A DNA stretch of 64,000 nt from Chrysomallon squamiferum (taxonomy: Eukaryota > Animalia > Mollusca), in NCBI GenBank assembly GCA_012295275.1, contig CM022676.1:1426001-1490000 (forward strand). Reading direction: 5' to 3'. Position 1 is the stretch's first letter, and each line of letters begins with the position of its first letter. Below the pieces are notes generated by a model. The model saw only the letters and a program-made list of their open reading frames with translations. It was not told where the DNA came from and ran no database searches. This document shows positions 24,401 to 36,442 of this stretch, in pieces. The translations under genes and the position numbers were made by a program.

Positions 24401-24886
24401 TATGATAAACATAAAAAGACTGGTTTTTCTTCAGTCAGTGAATTAGTATTAGTTAATTACAATTAAGATTGTTTGTAATATTAATTCCCCACAACATATT
24501 ATATTTACAGTGTTGCATCAAAGACCGGATTTTTCTTAATATGTTAATTGCAAGTTGTGATTGTATTTAATTACCATTGTTAATGTTATTGAAGTTAAGA
24601 AATGTCTGGGGGCAATTGCCCTGATACCGGCTGGCGAATCTTGTTGGTCCCAGATGAATCCTGTTTTGACAGAGTCCACTGTATTAATGTAGTAAGCAGA
24701 CTGAAATGTTTAAATTTGTGTTACAGGTCACTACAGAAGAAAACATTCCAAGCATGGAAGAGACTTCCATATGAGTTAGAGAAAGAGAAAGAACGAGAGA
24801 AGAGAAGAATTGAAATGATGAAAAAAGTACAGAAGCTTATTCCTGATTATGAAGGTGTAGTGGATAAAAGTGTTGATATTTCATGA
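21087..24886 (+). pseudogene. CCDC191: CCDC191 partial duplicate (exons 1, 1', 3, 17, 18 only)
   Basis: Exon 1 at 21087-21164; a tandem, frameshifted exon-1 copy at ~21252-21326. Exon 2 is deleted but its acceptor remains at ~21698. Exon 3 at 21958-22093, exon 17 at 23854-24008, exon 18 at 24727-24886. Exon 3 ends phase 1 and exon 17 starts phase 0, so that join is out of frame. Confidence 0.85.
24215..24630. mobile_element. Possible MITE remnant in CCDC191 intron 17 (paralogue at ~52930-53345)
   Basis: Repeated CA(A/T)TTCCCC motifs on the left and GGGGGCAATTGCCCTGATACC on the right, in inverted orientation. No clean TSD identified. Confidence 0.35.
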
Positions 24887-26328
24887 TATCTGACTACATG
24901 TTCATGAATGTTGATGAAGGTACATATCATGCTGTGATTAATTTATTACTGTAAAATATAAATTTGTTAAATTGTGACATGAATAGTGTAAACAGCTTTT
25001 TTGAACACAATTATGACTAGTAATGATTGTGTGCAAAAGACGTAGTAGTGATTTATTATTTTTTACTAACTACCTAGTGATCAGGTTTCTTTGATCTTTT
25101 CTAAACACAAATGTTAAACTGTATTATATGCAAGTCAATAACATTATTAGAAGCCCAAAAATTATCATATTCAGTTTTAGAAAATATAATAATAGAATAA
25201 TAATTTATTCTGTGAAAGATCCCAGATAAAAAGTCGTCTTTCATCAATAAACATAATTAAAATCAAAATTATTTACTTTTATATACTTGATCTGTGAAAG
25301 GGCTGTTACTTTCTTTCACCCAGTGGCCAAGAGATGTTAGACCACAATAAATTTTTTATATTTGATTGTTTCAACCAGAAGTTTGTCTTCCAACATAGCT
25401 TGCCAATGAATTATTTATACTGAGGTATTGTATATAAAAACATCTATATGATATTTCAATATAATAAATTTTTCGGACTGCCAGATGTTTCAGTCACAAA
25501 TTGGCAAAAACGTTTCTTCTTCTCATATGCATTTACATAATTTACTTGGGATAAAAAAAAAATAGGCAGCCGTATTGAATAATAATAACTTAGTTTCTGA
25601 TAAAGAATTTATAAAATTTCTTCTTCATTGATACTTATTAATAAAAAAGAATAACAATACTAATAAAAAAAAACTAAAAGCCCACAAAAAACCCCAAAAG
25701 AAACAAAATAAAAATAACAAAAATTTATTTTTACATCTCTTATTTTGAAAGGAGAGAGAATTCATGTGATAAAGTTTTTTAACGACTGTAAAATAGGGTA
25801 ACACAAAAAAGATCTTTATTACTGTGTTGATTGTATGTTAGTGTATGTTAAGTTACTGGGTTTTATTTCTTTCTGTGTGTGTGTGAAAAAATTAAATTTG
25901 TTTCTATGTATATCTAAATAATTATTTGCTTGTATACTTCACTATAGATGATTTCCTCCTTTTTTAAAGTTTCTCTTTTCTTTACAATACATGAAATATT
26001 TGTAGACAGAATTCTCTCTCTCTCGGACGCTGCTAGTACTTACATTTCTGAAAAAGTTTAATGCTCTACAGTTATTAATACTGAGATTTCTTATCTTGTT
26101 AACTCTGTAGTTCATTTAATGTTAAAAATTTATGGGTCTTTTTTTTTCTTTTTCTTTTTTCAGATACATAAATACTTGGATATTTCTATTTTCCTGTGTT
26201 TCAGAAAACATTAATAACATTATCAATTTTAACAGCCATTTATAAATTTAATATTCATAGTTCTTTAAATTACACCTGTCTGTTATTTCTAATATTTCTG
26301 GTTAATATTTCTAATTTTTCTTTTTCAG

Positions 26329-29300
26329 TCATGAGGAATCAAAAACTGTGAATATAACACCATCTGAACCTTGGTACTTCATGTACACATTTCCAAAAGC
26401 TGTGTCATCAGTTCACTTGAAAGTGAATTCATCCAGTAAGCTTTGTATGGAAGTGTCAGTTCAAAAGATTGAGGTTTGTTTTAAATAGTATTTTACAATA
26501 ATGAACAGAATGGCTGAAGTGTATTAACTAACTTGTTTTTATTATAAATCAAAATACTGATTGGTTAATTGACATGTGCGTAAACATGTTTCTGTGAAGA
26601 AATACACACACACACACATACACATGCATACACACACAATCTATACAGAAGATAAAAACATAATCGACATACATACAGAGATATATTAATTGTATAAAGT
26701 ACAGACAAACACAAATGCTAGTCACATTAAAATAAAAAATGTATTTAAAGACTGGTAAATTAATTGAATTTGTTTGCAGTGTCCTCCTTTTGACCTGGAC
26801 AGAGATGTAGGTTTCCATGGGAAAAATCAAACTGACAACACAGACAGCAATGTTTATGGAGATATAAAAAATAATTCCTTTAAATTTTCTGTAGAATGAT
26901 TATGTTTTTGGGTGGGTTTTTCAAAACCTTTTATTATTATTTGAACTGCCAGTTACTACTACTTCTACCACTACTACTATTATTATTAGTAGTAGTAGTC
27001 TACTTAATAGAAATGCTATTACAGCAATTGAAAATATATTTTTATATATCTTTTTTTTTTTTACTTCATTTTGTACCATATCCAGTCTTAAAATGTAGGA
27101 GTAGCAGAACCAATAATGATATTAGTAAGAAGTTGACATATAAGTAATAGTAATAATAATAGTATTAGTAAGCAATAGCTGCAACAGAAAATTAGTTATA
27201 ATACTACTAGTAAACAGCACCATTGTGGTAGTACTGATAGCAGTAACAGTAGCATTAGTGAGTAGCATTAATAATAATACTAGCTGTAGCAGTAACAGTA
27301 ATAATAACAGCAGTACCATTAGTAAGTATCAGCAGCCAGTTTTATTAATAAGTAATGGCCACAGTAGTAATTGTTCAGTTGGAATACTTTGTTTTTATTA
27401 AAGTATTGTTTCTGTATTTTCAGCAAAGTGACAACTCGTCTGAGTCTGTGTACATTGTACTTGTTCTCAAAACACTCGACTTGGACTGTGCTGGAATAGA
27501 AACTGCACTGTCCAGTAAGTAATGTCCATACACACTGTTCTGTTTCACTTTCTTTTGTTTTATTTCATATTTTGTTTTGTTTTATTTTATTTTATTTTAT
27601 TTCACTTATTTCATAGATAAATTATTATATCATGCATAATCATATGAATATTTGAATTTTGTTTTTATATAATTAATTTAATCCTGCAATACTTTTTTTT
27701 AACTGATCAACTTTATATTATATATATATTTACTTACTGAATTTTAATATTATTATATTTGTTTTTTTATAAATAATATTATTCTCAAAACCATTTCTAT
27801 AGATCAGATAGAGATTTTTGATTTATTGATTTAATTTTTTAATTTATTTAATTGATTTATTTATTTGTAATAGCTTTTTTTGGTCACTGCTATCAAGGTT
27901 AATAGGATGCTGAGACATTATAAGTAACTAACAACAAACCATTGTTTTGTCTTTACTTTCCTCAGACAGTTTTCACACATCTGTATAAACTTTTGGCTGG
28001 AATCCTAAATTCAAACAATATCAGTCATAGCTATTTATCACAAGCACTGTTTAAGAAATCATTGTTATCTGAATGCACATATTCTCTCCCCATGTCTCTG
28101 ATTACAGAATTGAACTTATAAATCTGATCAACAAACCCAATCCTCATTTTAGAAGAAGTCTGAGGATGGGAAGTGCTTATCAGCCAAGCTTTGATTAAAA
28201 AAGAATAATAAATAAATCTGATCTTCGTTAGATTGAAGCTGATCTTATTTTCTATTTATGCAGGTTCTGAATATTACAAAGCTTTTGAACCTTAAACCTT
28301 GAAAAAAATTAGCATGCTAATCAGAGCAAGCTGTTCTGAAGCACGTTTTTTCACTGCCCTTGGAGTCTTTCTGTCATTTTATGTGATTGCAGCTGTCACT
28401 GGTTGTGTCTATCATGGATGGTTTGTAAATTTTAAATTCTAATAAATGGCCTAATAAAATTATTTACAAATCCAAGATATTTATTGTTTTGACTGTCATT
28501 AAACACTATGATAGTAAAATAATACAATTACAAAACATCTGAATGCTGCCATTTTACTTTTTTAACAACTGATAGTCTTGATATCATCACTTATTTATGA
28601 TAATTCAATTTTTTTACTCATAAGAAAAAATCTTCCAGCAAACAGATTTATCATGTACATGGTGACAGTGCGGTCCAAGATTCATTTTTTTTTATATTAT
28701 CTTAGTTTAAGTTTTATTTGTGAGTTCTTAAATTATGTTTTATTCTAAGTATTATGCCAATTATGTTTTATTTTAAATATTTCATTAAATTGTATTTTAT
28801 TTAGTGTAAACTATGATTCCGTTTATGTATTAAATTTTGTCATTTTACCTTTTATATGTTATGTTAAATTGTGTTTTATTTTATGAGTTATGACAAATTA
28901 TATTCTGTTTTATAATATGTTAGATTATTTTTTATTTTTTATGATGCAGTCAAAACTATTTATTTTATTTAAAGAAGAAATTTATTCCATTTCAGATTAT
29001 ATTTTCATGTGATACATAAAAATAATTTCTGTAATATGTCAAATTGTTTATTTTTTATTTCATGTCAAGCTATGTTTTATTTTATGTGTTTATGTCAAAT
29101 TAAATTATTACATTTTTCAGTGGATGGAGCAGAGATTTTACAGATTTGACTGAAACAGAAAAAGGTAAAATAATTGAAGATTCTAAATTATTCTGTGTTT
29201 ATTTCAAAATGTTCTTATTAATTGTTTAAATGCCCATTAATGAAACCATGACATGAGAAAGGTTTAAAATATTTAATGAAGAATAGAATAAATATATAGT

Positions 29301-29997
29301 TTTAGAACTTTTACGAATATGAATTATTTCTTATTTGATAGTTGGTTAAAGAATTCCATTTTTTTTTTTAGGTTGTTACAATTGAGCAATTACTTATTGG
29401 AGATCTAATAACAAAGTAATTGTAACAATACACATTCAAATATATCAGTATCAGTTTAAAATATATCTTTGATATGCTAAACAGTTTAAATATTTCGTGC
29501 ATTCACTATTTTACTTATTTTTTTTGTCGTCAAATTGCAATTAGTAATGGAAGGTATAAACAAAAGAATTCAGTCTGTAAATATCTGGATGAATCATTTT
29601 TTATAGTTGTCATGTCATTACATCCAGTCATTTGATAGAAAGCTTCACAAATAACACAGCTGTCAGTGCATTATGTACATGATCATATATCATAATTGCA
29701 AAAAATGGCAGACTGAGATGTTCTGTAACAGTATTATAATTTCAATACTTCATTCTTAGTTTTAAAAATTATTATATGAAAAAAAATTGGTGACAAAAAA
29801 AAAGATGTTTTGTGTTAAAATTGCACTGCCACATTTTATATTAATCCACTTTCTAAAGCAGACAGATTATATTTTCCCTGTTAAATTTTTACATGAAATT
29901 AATTAATAGTACACTATATCTCTGCTTCCCACAGATAAACTACTACCCTATCGTTCAGTCAACCATGAAGCCAGTCCTGCCCCTTCCAGTCATTCAG
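26329..29997 (+). pseudogene. SID-1 transmembrane family (SIDT1/2-like) pseudogene fragment, 6 exons
   Basis: 26329-26473 HEESKTVNITPSEPWYFMYTFPKAVSSVHLKVNSSSKLCMEVSVQKIE. 26780-~26861 CPPFDLDRDVGFHGKNQT/TTQTAMFME (frameshift, donor lost). 27424-27514 QSDNSSESVYIVLVLKTLDLDCAG. 28264-28420 has TAA at 28293, then KKISMLIRAS...LGVFLSFYVIAAVTGCVYHG (TM1). Two further exons at 29121-29164 and 29935-29997. Matches the SIDT ectodomain pattern PSxPxYFxYxFP..V.SV...V.S...C..VSVQ / CPxxDLDxxVxFxG.xQTMT and the TM1 motif FLSFY. Confidence 0.85.
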
Positions 29998-30244
29998 GTG
30001 AGAACATTAGCTTCTTTATTTACTTCCTCCATTTGCTTGACACACTAATCTTTTCTGCAGTTTTTTATAATTTATAATTTATAATTTTTTATTATTATTA
30101 TTTACATGATTAAATCTTTTATTATTATTATTTACATGATTAAAACTTTTATTATTATCATCATTTTCATCATGATGTTTAAATATTGTTACAAAAAAAC
30201 AACAAAAAAACCCCAGCAAAGGTCAAATCCTCTAATTAAACGCC

Positions 30245-31815
30245 TTGATATATAGGATTTGGAATATAAAACTGGACAATTTGCTGATGACGCTCAGCTG
30301 TATTTAGATGGATCTCCTTCCTCTCTTAGGAAAGCAATACATACTTTAGACATTTTTAGAGATATATCGGGCCTGAAAAAATATATATATAAGAAAAAAA
30401 AAAAACTATTGGTTTATGTCCCTTGCGAATACTATGGCAGAAATGTGCAAACGGCTAAGTCTAGACTGGTGTGAAAACATTTTGAAGTTCTAGATTTGAC
30501 ACTTAATAAACAACTAGACAATATTTGGACACTAGATTTGGATGAAAAGCTGGTAAAAATAGAAAAACAAACTCGTGGCGTGGCAGGAGCGGAACTGTAG
30601 GTGGTAACGGTTGTGAAAACGTTAAGTATATCAAAACTAACTCGTATTTTTACCAGCCTATCAAATAAAGAATATCTATTAAAAATAAATAAAATGATTT
30701 TCTTATTCATCGGGAAATATGGTCCAGATAGAGTTAAACGTTGAGTTATTACAAAAAATTATATCAAGGGTGGGTTAAAAATGGTTGAAACACTAACATT
30801 CATTAAAGCTTTAAAAGTTTCGTGGTTAAGACACTTGTTCCAATCGGGCAGCAAATGGAAATGGTTTTTAAATAAATATATAGATAATCTAGCTTTATCT
30901 AAAATGGGAGACATTGTTGGTGAATATATTAATAACAAGTTTTAAAATCCTCTTTGGAATGATGTACTGAATGCATGGAAAGATCGTGTACGAAAAATAA
31001 AATCCGCTGGTCTGAAATAATAAATGATGACATCTAACCATTAATATGGGAAAAGGTATATTTAACACACAATCGCTCTTATTGATTTTCAATATAAAAT
31101 TCTTAATTGAATAACAGCAACCAATAGTTTTCTTTGTAGGATTGGGATTCGGAACGATGCACTGTGGACATTCCGTAAAGAACACGAGGAAACGATCAGG
31201 CACCTTTTTGTAAAATGTTCCAAAGTGGCTTTTTTGTGGCGAAATTTGGGATCTTGGATTGTTGATGTTACTGGATTCCGTACAATTATAAACGATAGAA
31301 AGATAATATTTGGTTTACAAAGAGGACAAAAAAATACGTAATCATTTAATTTTTATAACAAAACGATGTATATATATATACAATGCTCGTGTAGCTGACA
31401 TTTCACTATCATCTCGTCTACTAGCCATGGTAAGAAATTATTATATGATAGAAAAAGTAATATCACAAATAAATTTGCAAGGGGACTATCATATTAAAAT
31501 GTGGGGCCTCTTTATTGTGGTACTAGAAGCCATTGAATACGTAGTCCTTGTCTCAGTTTTCTTGTTTTAAATTAAAGTTGGTTTACTCTACTGGTTTTTA
31601 AATGTATCTGTAAAAATAGATATTTAATATAACCATGCAGGTATATCAATCAGGTAAAAAAGGAGCTCTGTTGTGAAATACCCCATGTGTTTTTGTAAAT
31701 ACTTGTTATACGTGCTGTGAGTAGTTTTTGTTTTTCTTCCTTGTATTTATATTTTGTAAATCATGTTTTGTAAACTGTACCAATGCCAATAAAATTTTAA
31801 AATTTTAAAAAGAAA
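30245..31815 (+). mobile_element. L1/Tx1-type LINE, 5'-truncated decayed fragment
   Basis: EYKTGQFADDAQLYLDGS...FRDISGLK, VVKTLSISKL, GGLKMV...FIKALKVSWLRHL, EETIRHLF.KC...LW, NHLIFITKRCIY. Ends in AATAAA and an A-rich tail. Confidence 0.85.
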
Positions 31816-32242
31816 GTGTAGTTTGTTCTTTTGGATTGCTGATTATTAATCGTTTGAAAGTTTAATTAAAACCCGAAAGAAGAAAAGGAAGAAGGAGAAG
31901 AAGAAGAAAAGATAAAGTAAAATAATAAAATAAAATAAAATAATCTTATACCCGAGTGATTATTTTTACCATTACTTATTGATACATGTTATTTTTATTA
32001 TTAATGCTCATTAGATGTATCAGCCAAACTGACACACGATGGACAGACAAGTTGTTATTTTTTTAGACACGAAGTGTATTACTCTAACGAGAGCAATAAA
32101 CATGTTGATTATGTGGCGTTTAATGAAATTAGCAATTACCCAGAGCGAAAAACCTTACTGAGCTCAACAGAACACGTGTTTGACGCAAAAAACAATCCAG
32201 TGCAATGGCTTAGGACTATGTCCTGTGTCTCTAAAGGTGATA

Positions 32243-32276
<34 letters not shown>

Positions 32277-32925
32277 TTGCTGTTCGTTGTCGTCAGTTGA
32301 AGTAGTAGCAGCTGTAGTAGCTATAGTAATTGCAATATATAAACAACAGAGTTAAGAATGTAATTTCATTAATACAACTTAAAAATTACAACATCAGCTA
32401 AACTGAAATTCACATGATTGAAAGTGTTAATAATACTATTAAAAATAATAATAATAAAGAAATTATAATAAAGATGTGAAATAAATTCTACAAAGAAATA
32501 TTTGCTCTAACGCAGTCATAGCGATCTTCAGAGTTTACCAAGAATAATTTTTAATCGCATTAATTTAGTAATATGTTTACTGTTGCTGTTTGTTCTCGTT
32601 GTTAGTTGTAGTTTTTGAAGTAGTATGAGTAACAATTGTAGATAGTATTGTAAAATATGTGGGTAATATATATACAAATACTAAAAACCCATCTTAAAGA
32701 AAGTTACACTCGATAGTTCTCTATTCCAGTTCTGAAATGGTAAAATGGCGGTGCTCACATCTGTTGTATCAACGTTATTTAAGCGGATCAAACTTATTAT
32801 CTGCAAATAAAACCTGCTGAAAATAATAAAGTAACAACTTGGAAGTGTAGACAATTTATTTATTCTTAATAGTTTTGACAAGACAAATAACATTTTCATC
32901 CGTTTTCAATAAGCTAATTTTATAA

Positions 32926-35900
32926 TTATTTCGTACAAATGGCTTTGTGGTCAGGGTCATTATCACCAGTACGACACTGCCACTCTCCAGCATCTTTTTT
33001 ACTGAACTTTTCTATTGTTATTTTAAACTCCCAGCGTGAAATAACATCACCATGGTAGCCATCAACAAATTTCTGACAAAGCGTGGAGATTAAATCACAT
33101 TCGATAACGATACTGCCGTCAGGCCGAACAGCACTTAGGCCATATGTAATGTTATTATTCACCACGCAGTTCATTGTCGATATTTGACCGATCTTCGGCC
33201 TACCCAAACACGTAAGTCTTGGGCTTACAGGGCTATCTATTTGTCAAGAAATAAGAGTCATTTAATACAAACGTCAAATATAATGAGAATGTAGTCATTC
33301 TTGAAGCTAACTCTTTTGATCCTGAAAACACTGAACTCATATACACTAGTATTGACAACAGTTACATCGTTGTACAATTTACATATACTGGTACTGACAG
33401 TAGTTACATGTTTGTGACAGCAGTGCCAACTTAGTAGAACTCACATACACTAGTACTAACAGAGCGGTTACAGCTTTGTAGAACTCACATGTATTACTAC
33501 TGAGAGTTACAGCGTTGTAGAACTCACATATATTACTACTGACAGTTACAGTTTTGTAGAACTCACATATATTACTACTGACAGCTACAGCTTTGTAGAA
33601 CTCACATATATTACTACTGACAGCTACAGCTTTGTAGAACTCACATGTATTACTACTGACAGTTACAGCTTTGTAGAACTCACATATATTACTACTGACT
33701 GTTACAGTTTTGTAGAACTCTAAAACTAAAATATTTGGAATACTAGTGACACTAGAACAGATAAAATAGTTGCCTATATTTAGAACGTACAAACAGCAGT
33801 AATCAGGAAATAACCAAATAGAAATTAGTAGCGAGAGACCAGATTTTGCAGCTTTTGCCGTGGTACAAAACAAACTTACCTGTATTATATAAAACTAAAG
33901 TGTTACTGAGGAAAACAGCTTTCGCCACATAACACCACCAGTCAGTGAAATCCGATTGTGTTAGTTCGTATATTTTCAGCGAATATACTCTATTAGCACT
34001 GACCTTGTTATCTTTACCACAAATTGCTTTGTAACCTTTAGCCACCTGTCCAAGAACATAACAGAGATCCGTATACTGTTGGAATATGGCGAGTTTGAAA
34101 AAATGTGTCTTCGAATAAAAGTAAATGTAATCAGCTCCTGGAAAATTGATGACGTTGCAATGCAGCGTGGCCTCTTCACCCAGTTTTCTATATTTAGCCC
34201 CCTCAATGCTTAGTTCTACTTTGTCGATACCTTGAAAAAAGAATAACTGTCATCATCATTATTATTATAAATCTTGTAAGTGGAATGTTTATATAAAATA
34301 CACTTTTATTATTGTAAACAATTTATTGCGGACGTCAGACAGACCAACAACAGACTGACAACGCCCCATGAGAACCGACACTTGCGTACATATACATGGC
34401 GAGCTGGAAATGAAATGTTTTCGAGTAAAAGTATACATATATATATATAGATATATATAGGAGTAAGACTACGGAATTACGGACTTCTTGAAATCATCAA
34501 ACTCTAGGAATTTATCTTAATTACCGAAATGATGCTCCAGTTATTTCACGAATTCCTCGATTGTGATTTATTGCACCTTTGAGAATCATATCATCCATAC
34601 TGTAAATACAAACCTATGGGGAAAATAAGCAGGCCACACTCCACCAATATGTTGCCTATTGCTAGCTAGGTACAATGAAACACCAACGAATTTGTATAGT
34701 CAGTGTTGTGAAGAAACTTTTGACATCTGTGGTGTATGAATAGAGTAAGTAGTTCTCAACTATGAATTTATTAAGTCTACAACTACAGTGAAAAAAATCC
34801 CAGAAATCAAATTTTTCAATGTCCCACCTGAAGATATGAAGAAATTCCACAACTTCAGAAATCAGCCTGACATTTCAACAAGCTTTAAAACTGTTCGGTT
34901 TCATAAATGTGTACCGCTTTCTACAGAATATCTAAATATATATAAACTGAGTGCACAAGCTGATCTTTCTTTTTTGTACCATAGCTGGACATGACAACAT
35001 ATCAGAAGAGACTTTGAAAATGCTGAGTGAACTACGTGCTGTCTGTATGACAAACGAACCACGGATTGGCCTGGTGGATAATATTTTATGTGTCCCCACG
35101 AACAAGCCACAGATTACGACAGATGTTGGATTGACATGTTGAGGGACCCTCATTGTACACTACCTCTTACACCCAAATAAACAGAAGCAGCAATCAAGAC
35201 ATTGCTAAAATAACTGGACTATGTCAAAAGTACGCGTAGCGAGATTTAAGTATTGCCAGATACCTTTGTCTTATATTTTATGACGATGATTATAAACAAA
35301 TGTCCTCGCTTTCAAATGCTTCTATATCCTCTTTACCTGCATTATTTGACATGTTTCTTATAAAATGTTTTCAAGGTTGCAGCCATATTAACAACACACT
35401 AAAATTACATAGAGTGTGTACAGGCCTATTGCAACATCTTCCATTTAACAAAAGGTTACCAAATGTTAGTTTGCACCTATCAAGGAAATAATAAGATATT
35501 TGGAATCCTTATCAAATCAGCTTTCCAGTGACAGCATTTCGTCGAAATCGACCAAGCGGTTACCAAGATATCAGGGTTTAAAACGTGGCGGTCAAGAAGG
35601 CATTCATCTCCAAACTGCTGTTGTTAAACTAATATTTGAGGTTTGGGCTAGTTATGCCAAATCCAAATACATTCCAAATAATGCCATGTCCAAACTGTTA
35701 CATACTGAAAATGGTGAGGTTAAAATTTAACTTTTCTGGTGTGTCTGCGGGGGTGGGGAATAGTCTTCAGTTGCAGTGTTATCCGCCTGCTGCTACCGGT
35801 CACGTGATTTGTCTGTGACAGATGTGAAAACGATTTGACTTTCTGTACTGTACCATTTTCATTGCAGTCTGCATTTACGTAACTCTATTTTTATGACATT

Positions 35901-36274
35901 TTAACTGCTTTTTTATTGCTTTTTTAAATGAAGTAATTTTATTATTTTGTTTTATTTAATTATTTATTTTGTAACAATAATATAATTAATTAGTATGTTT
36001 TCAAAGTTTCATTAATGGTTTCATTCCCTCTTTTCTTTAATGCACATTTTGTCGCGGAATGTTAGCTTCAGATAAAATGTATTTTAATATATAGCATAGC
36101 ACATTCATATTTAAATAAGAGATGTTATCTGTCTAAATTCAAGAGAATTCAACGTGGATGCTTGGCGAGTTGAAAACGAGTTTGCGACCGAAGCTGATGA
36201 AACGTGGCATATGGTTTCGCCACGTTTCAGCATTTTTTTAAAGAAAAATAATCAAATACATTTTTTATAAAATA

Positions 36275-36312
<38 letters not shown>

Positions 36313-36442
36313 GTTTCTTTTTCTTTATATTATTCTATTAGAATTCTGCATGAATAAGAGATTATTGGAAATATGACTAACCAAAACACACGCCAACAGA
36401 CATCAGAAATGTCATCAGGAATAAGTTTCCCTTAAATGCCAT
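32926..36442 (-). CDS. Secreted two-Ig-domain protein, predicted 240 aa
   Basis: Exon 36382-36442 is the signal peptide MAFKGNLFLMTFLMSVGVCF. Exon 33880-34230 reads GIDKVELSIEGAKYRKLGEEATLHCNVINF...YKAICGKDNK...YSLKIYELTQSDFTDWWCY. Exon 32926-33236 reads ...MNCVV...DAGEWQC...CTK*. GT-AG introns, all phase 1 as is typical of Ig exons. 61+351+311=723 nt open. No TM segment seen. Confidence 0.8.
33330..33722. repeat. 39-bp (with some 42-bp) minisatellite, ~9-10 copies, intronic
   Basis: Unit GTAGAACTCACATATATTACTACTGACAG(C/T)TACAGCTTT, homologous to the 42-bp array at 16685. Confidence 0.85.
34540..35760 (+). mobile_element. Decayed transposase-bearing DNA transposon remnant, Sola2-like
   Basis: Broken peptides QATLHQYVAY, KKIPEIKFFNVP, FKTVRFHKCVPLS and LYDK...IGLVDNILCVP resemble Sola2-type transposase motifs as I recall them. 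The 3' part is shared with the TIR-bearing remnant at 17535-18043. Confidence 0.5.

Larger units (their letters stand above)
14815..25760 (+). repeat. Segmental duplication copy A (internally deleted paralogue of ~31340-58560)
   Basis: Collinear matching blocks: 14815-15030 with 31340-31555; 15050-16400 with 31840-33290; 18050-21500 with 35760-39220; 21590-22635 with 39690-40955; 23430-25050 with 52140-53780; 25055-25150 with 55515-55630; 25150-25630 with 57278-57750; 25735-25760 with 58540-58560. Confidence 0.92.
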
